64,000 nucleotides of DNA from Camelus dromedarius (GCF_036321535.1 NC_087438.1:11162001-11226000), one strand, 5' to 3'; numbered from the stretch's first letter, positions 1 to 13,017 are shown. The notes: a model not told the origin generated them from the letters alone. Program-made: numbers and translations.

Positions 1-770
1 TTCCACATACGTTTACTGGATTTTGTTTCTGTGCGAGACACTGTTCTAGGCTCCGTGGACAAGACGCCGCAGTAAATAAAACAGTATCAAAATTCTTGCC
101 CTCGTGGAGCTCAAGTTTCTGGTGGGAACACAGATGCTAAACAGAATGAATTGTTACAGTATTCACATATTCGACGTTAATAATTGCTGTGCAGAAGCAT
201 AAAGCCTGACAGAGGTGTCGACTGAAATGAAATGCACAGCCTAAACATGGAGAATTACGTTTTATTTGGCGGACTTTCTGAGGACTCAGCCCAGGAGGAC
301 AGCTTCGCAGATGGCTCTGAGGGACTGCTGTGAAGAGGTAGGGGAGGAGCCAGGATGTATAGTTTTTCCAACAAAGACCAGGTAGTCGGAACATCAAAAG
401 ATTCCAGACATCTCAAATTAAAGAATTTAGCACTTTTCTATGTATGAGAAGGTGCAAAAGGCCTGGGCTCATTGAAATCATTCCTTTGATGTGCACCTAG
501 CTGTCTTGGGCCAGTGTCCTGTTCTTTCCACATTTTGAGTTCCCCCAGCGGGCATCGTTGGGGATGGCTGCAGAGGCTGGGCTGCCTGCTTGTCTGCATC
601 CTGAGTTCCCTCTGCTCACTGTCAGGGTGAAGGTGGCGGCTGATGACTTGATGGCCACAGCATCCTTTGTTTACTGATATGGCTGGCAATATTTTTCATT
701 CACAGAGGTTAGGGAGCCTGGTGTGCAGGGGTGATTTTCAACATTAAAAAGGATGATTAGGGAATACAGC
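1..770 (-). mobile_element. L2 LINE 3' fragment interrupted by an LTR
   Basis: tttactggattt...cactgttctaggc...cttgccctcgtggagctc resembles the antisense L2 3' end; L2-like sequence resumes after 708. Confidence 0.6.
216..704 (-). mobile_element. Solo ERV1 LTR, MER41-like (artiodactyl type)
   Basis: TG...CA termini; 4-bp TSD gagg at 212-215 and 705-708; minus strand begins TGTGAATGAAAAATATTGCCAGCCATATCAGTAAACAAAGGATG, as in recalled MER41-like LTRs. Confidence 0.8.
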
Positions 771-2997
771 ACGACTCATTTCCGTGTTCTCCTGCTGATG
801 GCATTTGATGGCATTTTGAGACCATTGTGAGCACTGCTTTATGTGTCTTCGGCTGCGAGGTACAGAGTACCTCTCAGGTATATATTCCTATGAGGTGGGA
901 CTGCTGAATTTTGCCAAAATGCCAAATGGTTTTTCACTGATAGTGATTCGTTCGTCTTCGCATCTTCAGAACCTAGCACCGTGCGTGGCACAGAGTTGGG
1001 CTAATATTTGCTTGAGTAAGTAGAACTTCATGGTAGAAACAAGAGCAGCAGGGGTGGACGTTCCAAATCTACTTCATCATATTAACTAGGCTCTGCTGTC
1101 TAGCTGTTGGACCTCGCATGAAAAGCAGAAACCGGCCCCTCCGTTTGTCTTCTGTGCTAAACCGTTCTCAGGGGGCGCCTTCTGACATTTGCCGAGTTCA
1201 TGCTGGCTGGGACAGTTGGAATTGCTAAAGCCTCTTTACCAATGAAGGAACGCTGCAAATAGATTCTAGCTGTTTATTGCAAGTGTTTCTCACTCTCTTG
1301 CTTGAAACTGCCCTCGAAGAAGCCAGATTCTCTTTATAGGATGTCATTCCCCGCTCTGCTCTGTGCTCTGGGCTTCTGAGGCCTGCCCAAGGAGAGTGTG
1401 CTCCAGCATCCCATGTGGAATCAGAAGTCTCGACTTGAACTTGCCCTTTTGAACATTCCTGTCCGGCTGATGTTTTGGCAAGCCGAATGTTAACACTTTA
1501 AAACTGATCCTTGCTTGCTTGTGGAAAATGAATCTAAGGTACTTGGGGAATTATTTGGACTTGGGAAGGCTTGATGCCTCATAAAATGAAGTTCTGGACT
1601 GAAATACCCTTGAAATATGTCAAGCCTCAGAGTTGTGTCTGTGCTTTCTAAATATTTGAAATAAAAATGGGTGGTTATACCCAGTCACTTTGTGTACGAG
1701 TGTCTCCTCATGGTTTAAAATGTCCAGTCTCAGCATTTAAAATAAATAAATTCATTTCTTATGAAACCCTTTTTATTCCTCCTGGTTACCATATTTAGCA
1801 GATGAATTGGGAGTGCTTTTTTTTTTTTTAAACAGTCCTCATTCTTTCCGACATATATTGAACTGTTTAGCTACTAGCTAACTTTTCTTCATTAAAAGTT
1901 GGGATAAAATATTCTGCCTATCACAGGGTTCTTGGCATGTAAGTTACAAGATTCCTGTGTAGGTTTCTCTCTCCTCCATCATAGCAAAAGTCATCATGTG
2001 CATTTTTGTCACATTAATGCAAAACAACAGAACAATTAGGCCTTTTATTCCATTTTAGTATAAGTGGTTATTCCTAAATTTTGGCTCTAGCTTTTAGTAA
2101 TAATTTTCAGCTTTAATCTGGTGGGTAGGACAGTTGTGATATTAATAATATGTGTGTGTGTTTGGGTGTATGCCTATGACATACTTAGTGAAACTTACTC
2201 TAAGTTTTCTCAAAGAAAATGCTAAAAGTAGGTGCCAGTGTTCATGAGATTTATTGAATAAATAATAAATTGAGACCTGCTCTCAATATCAGTTACAGCA
2301 AGAAATGAGAAAAGGAATTAAGAATACCTGAATTGCGGTTTAGTATAGAAAAAAAATATTTCAGTCACCGTACGCCTGAAATACATTTAAATATTATAAG
2401 GTTTGCTCTCTTAACCTCCTGTACTAATGATGCACAGCACCAATATTAAAAGGCCTGGTAACAGTTACACAGACTTTATAGAGAAAGTAAACATTTCAAG
2501 TCTTTTAACACAGGAAAAAAAGTTATGGTGTATTCATGTGTGGCTTCTTTTTGAAATAAAGCTACAACTTTGGAAAAGTAAATAAAACTAAGCATTTATG
2601 GATGTTTCTACTATGATGCTATTAAAATAGTAGTAATAAAAACAGTAGATTTTTCTATTTTGGAGAGAAAAAAAGTACATGATCTTTCCCATTCAAGTGA
2701 ATGGCAGTTGGCTGCATTTTCCTGTCTTTCTGATGTGATTTTTCCATGCTATAAAAATATGATTAGCTCGTCCTTAAGAAAAGCTTGTCAGCTTTCTATG
2801 AAGAAAGTAAATCTGTTGAAACCTAGGCTCTTTCTAACACAACACCATGTTTTTACAGTAAAAATGTGAAGTTGAGGAAAGGTAATAGTTAAGTAGAAGG
2901 AAATCTTTTTTCTTTTTATTCAGCAAAACATTTTGGTTATATTTGTGAAAGTGGAAAAGGGAAAAATGGTCTTTGTTAAAGACCATCTATGTCATGT

Positions 2998-3037
2998 TGT
3001 ATTAATCAGGGTTCTCTAGAAAAACAGAACCAAAAGG

Positions 3038-3081
<44 letters not shown>

Positions 3082-3568
3082 TTATATCCACAAACCCCAG
3101 ATGCATAGGAATCGGCTTAAATAATTACGGAGGCTGAAAAGTCCCAAGACCTGTAGTTGGCAAGCTGGAGATCCAGGAGGAGAGGTGGTATATTTCCAGT
3201 CTGAGTCTGATGGCCTGAGAACCAGGAAAGCCAATTAAATAGTTCTAGGGAAAGCTTGAAGGTTCAAGACCCAGAAAGAGCCAGTGTTTTCAGTTCAAGT
3301 CCAGAAAATCTGAAATCCCAGCTTAAGGCAGTCAGGCAGGAGGAGTTCGCTCTTACTCCCTGGAAGGTCAGACTTTTAATTCTCTTCTGGTCTTCAACTG
3401 ATTGGACGAGGCCCACCCACATTAGAGAGGGCCATCTGTTTTTACAGTCTGCCAAATCAGACATTAACCTCATCTAACACACTGTCACAGACACATCTAG
3501 GATAATGTTTGACCAACCGTCAGGGCACTGTGTGAGTCAGTCAAATTGACATAAAATTAGCCATCACG
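2998..3568 (-). mobile_element. MLT2-family (ERVL) solo LTR
   Basis: Starts tgtattaatcagggttctctagaaaaacagaacc and ends aaattgacataaaattagccatcac (reverse of MLT2 termini); near-TSD catgt/catgg; internal (TG)n. Confidence 0.9.
3040..3079. repeat. (TG)n microsatellite inside MLT2
   Basis: About 20 perfect TG units. Confidence 0.97.
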
Positions 3569-4666
3569 CATGGCAAAAAAAGATGTTATTTTTAAAGGAT
3601 AGGAAGAGAAAAACACAGAGGACAGAAGTGTAAGATATTTACAGGAGTCTTCCCTGGAAAATTCACTTCTCTTCTGTGTGCTGTATTGAAAATAGATTGA
3701 AGATGATGTAAAATGCTTCAGGATGTAGCCATTTTAACGTTTTTAGCAAGAGAAGAGCCCAGGGTCCAAGTTCACTGTTATATTGAAAGAGAACTGGATA
3801 GGCTTAAGACTTAAATTGAGCAGGCTTCCCAGAACCTGTGCTCCAGTATCTTTTTTTTCCCTTAAATTTTAACCTAACTATTAAACGAACAACTAGCATT
3901 TCAGTTATAATTGCAGTTAGCGAAGGAATGCTGGCTTCTTTTGTTTTATTAGGCAGGCTGATTTAGGAATACCAAATTGTTGTTGAATAATTTCCCCCAA
4001 GGATGTCTGTAAAGCATTTAATCCAGTTAGGTGAACTTGAGTAACTACTGCGCGCAGGGCATTGAACTAGGTGTGATTATATGAAACGTTTACTCAGAGC
4101 AAACACTCAGGGAGAGAAGGGACCTTGGCTTGCTAAACGTGAACATGACCTAGACACTAGTTCCAACCCCGGAAACTCTGCAGGTTTTCAAGAAACATAT
4201 TTTATTGCTAATGAATAGATACGGCAAGCATTTGAGAAAGGGAATGTCTACTTTTCTGCTGCCTCTTGGAAAGAGAATCAAATGGCACGGGCTTCTCAGC
4301 ACCGATGTGTGAAATGAAGCATCCTCTTGTATTTCCAGCCTTTTGTGACCTCTCTGTAGTGACTGGCCTTTCTCCTGGAAACTGGCAAACCAGTTCTGAA
4401 ATAAATGTGGTGTTTATACACATAGAAAGGTTATCAGAGAAGGTTTATGGCAGAATGACTTTTTCTGCCAAGTTAGACATGGAGTCACACAGGCTCCTTC
4501 CAGTGATGGAGCTGAGGTAACAGTCACTCATATCAAAGTAATGTGCATTTACTACCGATCCGCTTTGTCCTGTGTTGGCACACTCAGCAATTTTAAACCT
4601 GTACCCCCCACCCCCAAGGGCACCAGCAGCTTATCAGCATCACTTTTCAGGACTCTTTTTTCCTGA

Positions 4667-4741
4667 TTCTTCCTCCCTCCCTCCCTTTCTTTCTTTCTTT
4701 CTTTCTCTTTCTTTCTTTCTTCCTTCCTTTCCTTCCTTCCT

Positions 4742-4831
<90 letters not shown>

Positions 4832-4921
4832 TTCCTTCCTTCCTTCCTTCCTTCCTTCCTTCCTTCCTTTCTTCCTTCCTTTCTTCCTTCCTTTCTTCCT
4901 TTCTTTCTTCCTTTCTTTCCT

Positions 4922-4995
<74 letters not shown>

Positions 4996-5020
4996 TTTCT
5001 TCCTTTCTTCCTTTCTTTCT

Positions 5021-5079
<59 letters not shown>

Positions 5080-5261
5080 CTTCCTTTCTTCCTTTCTTCC
5101 TTTCTTCCTTTCTTCCTTTCTTCCTTTCTTTCTTTCCTTCCTTCTTTCTTTCCTTCTTTCTTTCATTATTTCTCTCTCTCTCTCTCTCCCCCCTCCCTCT
5201 CTCTCCCTCCCCCCTCCTCCCTCCTTCTCCCCTCCCTCCCTCCCTCCCTTCCTTCTTTTCT
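4667..5261. repeat. Compound (TTTC)n/(TTCC)n/(TC)n/(TCCC)n polypyrimidine microsatellite
   Basis: No purines from 4667 to 5164 or from 5169 to 5261. Confidence 0.98.
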
Positions 5262-5264
5262 ACT

Positions 5265-5580
5265 TAATTTTTTTTTAGAACAGTTGCAGTTTAACATCAA
5301 AATTGAGTGGAAGGCACAGAGATTTCCTATATATCTCTTGACCCTCCTTGTTATTAACATTCGCCACCAGAGTGGGATACTGGTTACAATTGATGAACCC
5401 TCACTGGACATCATTATGCCCCAGAATCCATGGCTTACACATCAGGGTCCACATCGATGCTGTACAGTCTGTGAGTTTGTATAATGACATGTACCCACAA
5501 TTAGAGCATCATACGAAGTAGTTCCACTGCCCTAGGAGCCCTCTGTGCTCCACCTGTTCATCTTCCCTGCCCCCTGACTT
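5265..5580 (-). mobile_element. L1MC-type LINE-1 3' UTR fragment
   Basis: ttttagaacagttgcagtttaacatcaaaattgagtggaaggcacagagatttcc...gttacaattgatgaacc...ctctgtgctccacctgttcatc matches the antisense L1MC1-like 3' end. Confidence 0.8.
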
Positions 5581-7127
5581 CGGGGACGCCCCCCGCCACC
5601 ACGGATAATTACTGACTGCCATACTTTCAGATTTTTACTTAGTTCTTACATTTCATCAATACCCACCTCCCAAAAGGATTCATTTCTTTTTCATCCAAAC
5701 TATTGAGCAGAACGTTAAATATTTAAAATTTTTAATATTCTACTCAATAGTTTAGAAAAACAGAGAAGCCCCCCTTGTTTTTGTGTTGCTAAAATGCATG
5801 AACTAAGAAATCCACAGAATCATCAAACTGGAAGGAAAGTTAGTGAGTGCTGAATTAAATCCTTTCACCTTACACATCAGAAAGCAGAGGCCAGGAGAAA
5901 TTAGGTGGTTTGCCCAAATGAAAGTGAAATACTTCTAAAGATCTTTCCTGATCTGTAGGAAAAAAAAAAGTCCCCAAAGTTAATTTTTCTTTCCTATAAA
6001 ACTGTATTAGTTGAAATAATTAGAAAATGTGAGTGTCTGCTTGCAGGTCAGCTTCTATGCCTGTAATTCGGGGATCTGGGTGATCTTCTTGAAGAGCTCT
6101 TTCCCCTTTCCTTAAGCCTTAAGATGTTCTCTTCTGCTGGATTCAGAGGGTTCAAGGCCAAGATGCAGGAGGTGACCAGCGTCTGTGGCCATTCAGCTCT
6201 CTTCAGGGCCATGGACTGTCCATCTCTTGCGCCCGGCAGCCCCTGTGCACTTGCCAGTTCTCAAGACAGTGCCTTCCAGTGCCAGGTTGTAGGATCTGTT
6301 TTCTGCAGTCCACATAATCCTCAGCCAAAACTTGGGCAACCCCTTGTCTGACTCTAACTGTGTGGGCTGGTTCCTCCTGAGCTTCTGGTTTATAGCTGTC
6401 CTTTCATTGAGTGAAATAGAACTGTAAAATGCCATTGTTTTAGCAGCTAAACATCTGTTATCCACAAACAGATTCAAATCCCAAAATGGAATCAAAATCA
6501 TAAAACCTAACCAAGAGTTTGATTCTGCCATTTAAGTCAATGGCACCTTAACATTTTTTCTTTTTTCCAAATAATGCCTTTTAACTAGCAAAGTAGATTT
6601 GTAAGCAGTGCCATAGCTGGGCCATCATTTCTTTAAAATTCTACTAGCAACAGTTGAAGAGACTTTTGGGGGAACCTTCCAAGACTTGTAAACCTTGATC
6701 CATCCCGCAGTCATTGGAAAATGAACAGGTGTAGGATGCCAGAAGATTCAAGTGTTTGCTTTAAAACAGGGAAGTGGAAGAGGGCTTGAGACAGCTATTT
6801 GAATCCAGTGGCTTTTCTCCTCCACAAATATGTAAACAGTTTTGTAACAATAAAATGGTTTGACCTGTCATGGTATATAGTCAGGCTTTTTCAGAGGAAG
6901 TATTTTCCATTTTTTTCCTATGCCTGTTTTAAGTACGTTCGGGGAGGTAGGGGGCACTGTTGAGCAGATGATGTGTGGATGGAGTTTGTGTGAAGGGGAT
7001 GAAATCACCTCGGAGCCACCTTCTTGACCTAGAGGAGAGTGCTTTGAGGCTTTTGGGTGAAATACTCTCTGGCACTTGTCGGTCTCTGTATTTGATCATT
7101 GTTTTGTCCCCTTGTGATAGGGTCTAG

Positions 7128-7435
7128 CAGTGTGGTGACAAATTCAAGTGTCCTCAGGGCTGGGCAGATAAGATGAAGGACTTGACTGTCTGTGGAGGGG
7201 GAGGGTTCAGACCATGGCAGACCAGCCTGCTAGTGCCCCATCTCCCCCCTCTGTTAGTAGCACGGAGAATCAACCCAGAACTGTCAGAGCTTCCAGGTCC
7301 CAATTTTTCAAGGGACTCTAAAAATCTATCTTTTAATGTGAAATATCCAACTATTAAATTTTTATTTCATTTTATTTTTAAAGAAACCCCAAGTGGACCA
7401 ATTCAAAAAAATCTGTGACTCGCTAGTTTGTGATT
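7128..7435. mobile_element. Degenerate hAT-Charlie-type DNA transposon fragment
   Basis: caatttttcaagggactctaaaaatctatcttttaatgtgaaatatcc resembles old hAT MITE internal sequence. Confidence 0.4.
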
Positions 7436-10329
7436 TTTTTGGGTGTCAGGCTCCTGGGTCTGTCCAAATATTTTTAACGTTTACTAGTGGAGTAAGTTTG
7501 GCATAGTAATTGAACCTTTCTGAGGCTTAGTTTTTACTTTTTAAGGTTGAAGTAATAATGCTTGCTCTAGAAAACGATGAGGGTAAAGTCAGAAAGGGAA
7601 AACGGAAACAATTTGTAATTGCAAAGTCCTGTAGAGGCGTTCAACGTTAGACGCAAGGACAAACATGCTAACGTTCAGAATAGCTTCAGCAGGGCCACCA
7701 GTAGTGGGCCAGGCTTGTGGCAGCTGTGTCACAGCTTCTTTCACTAGCTGGTAGGTGAACTAGGCTAAAACGGGCAGGAACCAGCCTCACTCTTTGACTG
7801 AAGTACCGAGCAGGGGCCAGCCACCAGCAGCTCTGTTTATTATGTGTCATCTTGTATTTAGATCGTGCACAGCTGACTTAAAGATGGATGGGTCCCTGGG
7901 GTGGGGGGGATCTGGAGTGAAGGCTGCAGTTCCAGGCTTTGGGGGGCTGGAAATGGGCTCCTGTCATGCTGGCTGTGTCTTGCTGCACATTAACTCAGAA
8001 AGCAGGCGGCTCGAAGAAAGGGTGAGGTGAGGGCGTAGATTTTGGAAACACGACTTACCTCTCCGTTCATGCCCACGCAAAGCAGTGTGAACCCTGGGCC
8101 CCCTGACCCACCCACATATATTCCTTTCCCCTTTTTATACTTTTCCGTCTTTAAGGAAGACTCTTTTGATTTATATTAACTCAAGTTTCCCCATGTAAGC
8201 AGAGAATTTTTGTTTGTTAGGGAAGGATCAGGCAGAGAGAAAGAGAATGTGTCTGACTCTGGGTCTTAGAAAAACCCTATAGGATCCAGAATTCATCAAA
8301 ACTGACCGTTCACTCTCCCCCCGGCGTGTGTCCCACAGAACCTGGGCACACCTCTGTTACTGCAGCTTTTTTGTTGATAACAGATGTTGGTCTTCTATAA
8401 TAGACGTGAAATCTTTGAAGGGAGACTGCTCAAATGGTGTTTATTTTAAATTCTAAGGCCCAGTGAGCAATACAGCAGCTCAATAAATGTTTGCTTGGTT
8501 GCACAGAGTGACCCTGAGCCCTCCATGTCTTCACGTCTCTGGAGAACGTATAGTGTTTGCAGAAAGACAGGAATTCTCATTTACTCTAAGTAGAGAGGGA
8601 GCAGGAGAGGGTGGCCAGGAATAATACTACAGCAGGAAGGTTCAAGGAAGGCTTCTCAACCTTGCCTGTAAGGTCAAGCTAGCTCAGAAAAATATTTGTT
8701 TCCTTTTTAATAAAAGTTCTCTGTGAAAAGGTAGTTTTTTGTTTTCTTAATAGAAGGAGGGGAGGGGGCAGGTGTAATGGCTTTTTTAGAGAAAGTGACG
8801 TTGACTGAAGGGGGAATCCTATAACAGGGATCCCTCTGGACTGCAAAGGAGGTCAGTGTCCTGTTGCATTATGGGATTTTCTTTGTTTCCCCCAGAAACA
8901 GGATGGTCTTGTACAAGCAGTGGCTTCTGTCAGCATAAGTCAGATACTTTCTGTTCTTAGGTGATGCCCTGTTCACCTCATTGGATGCCTTTCTTCAGCT
9001 GGTCAGCACCAGTGAGTGATGTTAATATGCCTCACATCTCTGTAGACCACGGATATAAGGTCATCCATTCAAATTGATAATTTATTATGTAGCCTTTGAT
9101 TTATAGTATCGTAAATGTAGATAAGCATTAATAAACATTTGTACTATTTACATCAACTCCTCCACCGTAAAGTTGATATATAGAATTGAGTGTTCCTGTG
9201 CATTGGATATCTTGCTGAGACATAATGAAGCCCACAATTTCTTTACTTCTAGGAAACTCTGTAAGACTTCTGAATGTGATTTATTTTCTCAGAAATCCTT
9301 TGGTAGGTTTTTATTGTCTATACCTGTCTTTATTATTATTTTAAAAATACTGCAAATCTTTGGAAACTCTTGTAGGTGCAATAGTTCTATAATAATACCT
9401 ATCTTTTAAAACTCAGAAATATTTTATGAATGCATAAACTATGCCCACTCCAGCATGGTTTATTATATAACAGCTTTGGATTAAAAAAAATAAACATTAA
9501 TGCCTCCTCTGTGAAAGTGCAAAGAGATAAAATATGGTTTAACAATAGAAGTACTTATTGAGCAGAAACTTATCAGATTCCATAAAATAATTCAGGTTCA
9601 ACCCAGTATTCCCCAGTGTAAGAAAAGAGTGTTTTTTAGGGTGAAATAAATTCAAATCTTAGCAGCCTTTGGATATATGTACTTCATTATTTTATGAAGA
9701 AGTGTATTGGGATGTGGGAGACACTGTGTGTTAATATTTCTGGACTATTGAAATTAGATTAAGACTAAAAATAAACTACGAAGGATTGAAATAATCCAGT
9801 AACTTCATTACTCATGCATGCCCCGGATGGTTCTATACGAAGAAAGTTTTGTTTGCCCTGAGGTTATGTTTCACTCTCAGTTGGTGTTTAATATTTAATG
9901 CTGGAGAACACGAGAGACTGGGCATGACTCAAGCCTGCACTGATTGTGACACTTGGACTTTTGGCTGGAATGTTCTGGTAGCAGCCAACCTAAGGTCATT
10001 GACTTTAAATTGCATCCTAGGGCTTTTTGGTGTGGGAATGGTGGACAGTGAAAAAAGGAAAACAACATAAAAATGAAGCAAACCAGTTAGAATGAGGCTG
10101 AGTACTGCACTAGTTGCCCATATTCCTTGGGTCCTCCAGATTTACATCTTTGTAGTCATCTTTGATTCTACCTTTTCCTTGGAAATTTAGCATCTCTAAA
10201 TCAGAAGACCTCTTGAATCTCTTCCGTGTCTCCTTCACGCTCTTTCCTATTCATTTTTTGTGCCCTCCAGCCCCGTGCTGGGATGATTTAATGGTAAGAC
10301 CTGTGGGAGAAGAAGTATGAATCAAATAC

Positions 10330-11335
10330 TTGTAGTAAGTGTAAGTCAACCAAATGTAGAATTGCATCCAATTTAAGGGCTTTAGAAGGAAATGTATGCT
10401 GTGAGAGCCTGTTATATGGCAGGGAGATCAGGGAAGGCTGCCTGGAGGAGGTGATGACTTTACTGGGATCTGAAGGGTGGCTTAGAGTTTAATAGTCCAA
10501 ATAGGGAGACCAATCTCTCCGTGGATGGAATCGTGTGCACAGTGGCCCTGTGGCAGAGCAAGCATGACAAACGTGTGGGACTAAAAGAAGTCATTTGTGG
10601 CCGGTTTCAGATGATCGTCAGTCCTTGCTGAGGTATTTTGTACATTTCATGAGATCAATGGGAAGCTGTGAAGACTTTTAAGTGAAGTGGTGATGTGGCT
10701 GATTTTGAAATTTGAACTAGTGACTGGGTGTTGGCAATAGTGGGTGAGAGTGAACTGGGGTCAGTAAGTCAAGACTGTTAAGGAGACAATCAGGCAAAGG
10801 AAGATGGCAGGCTGGGCTGAGGAGGTGCTGATAGACTAGGAGAGAACGGGAGGCATCAGAGAGACGGGAGGCATCAGGGAGATGCACACAAGGTTAACAC
10901 CCACAGCTCCTGCCGGTAGGTTGGGTGGGGATGTCAGAGACAGTGTCAGGAATGACATGCACATGTGTGGCTGGATAGGACGAGGTTCCATTTCCAGAGA
11001 AAAGGGACATAAAGAGCGCTAGGCTCTGTGAGGAATATCATAAGTTCAGTTTTGGACGTGGAGAGTTGGAGGGGACTTCAACAGGTCCAAGGGGGAATGT
11101 TAAACAGACACTTGGTGCTGCCAGTCTGAGTGCCAGGCGAGGTCTGGGAGGAGAATTTCCAAACCGTGTGCAGCGTGCAGATGATCACCGAATGAGCGGG
11201 CATGAGAGCCCCCAGGGAAAACAAATTAGAAGAAGCCATCTAGGGAGTGCAGCCCTGCCCCTCGAGGGACTCTGACGTCTGGATGAGCCTGAAAGGGAGT
11301 CAACCAGGAGAGTTCCCATGGCAACCAAGGGACGC
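10330..11335 (-). mobile_element. L2 LINE fragment (~1 kb)
   Basis: Typical antisense L2 motifs: cagggaaggctgcctggaggaggtgat, aagttcagttttggacgtgg, caatgggaagctgtgaagacttttaag. Confidence 0.8.
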
Positions 11336-11418
11336 CGCTGCTTTAGTTTAGGTTTCCTGCTTCAGACATGAAACTCCAGTTCCTGCCTTTGTCTCTTCCC
11401 CGGACCCTTTAAGAGTTT

Positions 11419-11553
11419 TTGTTTCTGTTTTGTTTTGTTTTGGTTTTTCTCGAGTAGAAGTAGATTTATTTATTTACTTAGTACACGGGCCGGGGTGGGG
11501 GTGGTTGTTAAAGTAAAGTTACATACACTCCATAGACAGAGCCATCTCAGAAG

Positions 11554-11604
<51 letters not shown>
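11419..11604 (-). mobile_element. Poly(A)-tailed retroposed LTR-like fragment with (GA)23
   Basis: 14-bp TSD ccctttaagagttt at 11405-11418 and 11605-11618; T-rich tail at left; minus-strand AATAAA at 11465-11470; body resembles an ERV LTR R region. Confidence 0.75.
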
Positions 11605-11605
<1 letters not shown>

Positions 11606-12613
11606 CCTTTAAGAGTTTCTGAAAGATTAATTTTTTGAATTATAATTTTGCACTTTTCTCAGAAATGTTCAGGGTTTCTCCATTTTCTACACAGTTCGAC
11701 ACCCTCCAGGGGCTGGTTCTCACCCATCTTATTCTTGTTTCCTGCCCTTCTCAGACCCTGTGAGCAGAGGAAATTGAACCATTTGTTTTTCTTTTTTGCT
11801 GTTATATGCCCTCAATTTTCGATCATAGTGATTTTCCTCTTGTCATTTCAACTAGAAACACCATCCCCACCTACCCCCTGTCTATGTCCGAGTCCCCACT
11901 GACCTTCATGATCTAGCTCAAAGGCTTTTCAGAACTGTCCAGGGGTTCAGGTGCTTATACAATTGGCCTAAGGGTAAGCCTGGTCATTAATTTGAAGAAG
12001 CTCTCCCAGATGATTTGAATATACAGCCAGGTTTGAGAAGGACTAATCTGTATGTCTTAGATCTCAACAGGTCCCTAAACTCCCTGAAATAGCAGGACCC
12101 AGGACCCAATTCTCTTTTAACTTTGCATCTCATGTCTTGAATTCTGATAGATGTCCAATGCATATTTATGGAATAATTTACCCTTTAAAATACCTGAGAT
12201 ATCTTATAAATCTTTCTTCTAGTGTTTCTTGAATCTTTTAGTTCCTTGATTATTTTTGGTGACCATTAAATGTTTTCCCTCTCCTTTCCTTTCTGTTGGT
12301 TTCTAAAGATTCTGTGTCATCTGGACATGTGTTAAATAGACTTTTCTTATGTGATAGCTCTATTAAAAGTCCCAGTATCCAATGGAAAGTGTCAGTCTCA
12401 GGAGAGGAAATGCTTTGGAAGCATTTTGGGAAGGTGTGAGGCTGGAATTTCCCCTACTTTGCATTGGCCTAGACACTGCCTCTGGAGCAGAGAACATAGT
12501 GGGTTCACTTGAGCACCTTGGACAGAGATAGGCTAATTGCATACTTGGCTGTGCAGCAGTTGAAAGATATTTGGCCTGTATGGGATTCACCTTGTCATCA
12601 CTGGGTTAGAAGA

Positions 12614-12798
12614 GCAGTTCTCAATGGGGACAGTTTTGCTCCCCAGGTGACATTCGATTCTCTGGAGACATTTTTGGTTGTCACAACTTGGAGGGGATGC
12701 TCCTGGCCCCTAGAAGGCACAGAGGCTGCTGAAGGCACAAGACAAAGAATTATCTGGCTCAAATCAAAATATTGTAGTGCCAGCATTGAAAAACCATA
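12614..12798 (+). mobile_element. MER20 (hAT-Charlie MITE)
   Basis: cagttctcaatggggacagttttgctcccc...tctggagacatttttggttgtcacaact...acaaagaattatctggc...ttgaaaaacc. Confidence 0.9.
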
Positions 12799-12943
12799 GA
12801 TTAGCAAAAACTGGCTCAAAAAATCACACGTCCAGTTTCTCCCAAGCTGAGTTGTGGAGCATTCCAGATGTGCCTCTGACTCATTTTGATGTGGAGATGT
12901 GTTTTCATATAAACCTCCTCTCTTTGTGCATTTATTGCTGTTT

Positions 12944-13017
12944 TGTGTGTGTGTGTGTGTGTGTGTGTGTCTGTGTGTGTCTGTGTGTGTCTGTGTCTGT
13001 GAGTCTGTGTGTGTGTG
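12944..13017. repeat. Compound (TG)n/(TGTC) microsatellite
   Basis: Directly visible. Confidence 0.95.

Noticed and set aside
1160..1182. CTCF-like core cagggggcgc
   Set aside because: The 5' half (ttct) departs from the CCAC/CCAG consensus; not supportable from motif alone.
4552..5267. Long ORFs of 204 aa (-) and 231 aa (+)
   Set aside because: Translations of the TTTC/TTCC microsatellite; stop codons cannot occur in purine-only or pyrimidine-only sequence.
10845..10880. Short tandem duplication of acgggaggcatcag
   Set aside because: Ordinary slippage duplication inside an L2; only two copies and no spacer structure.
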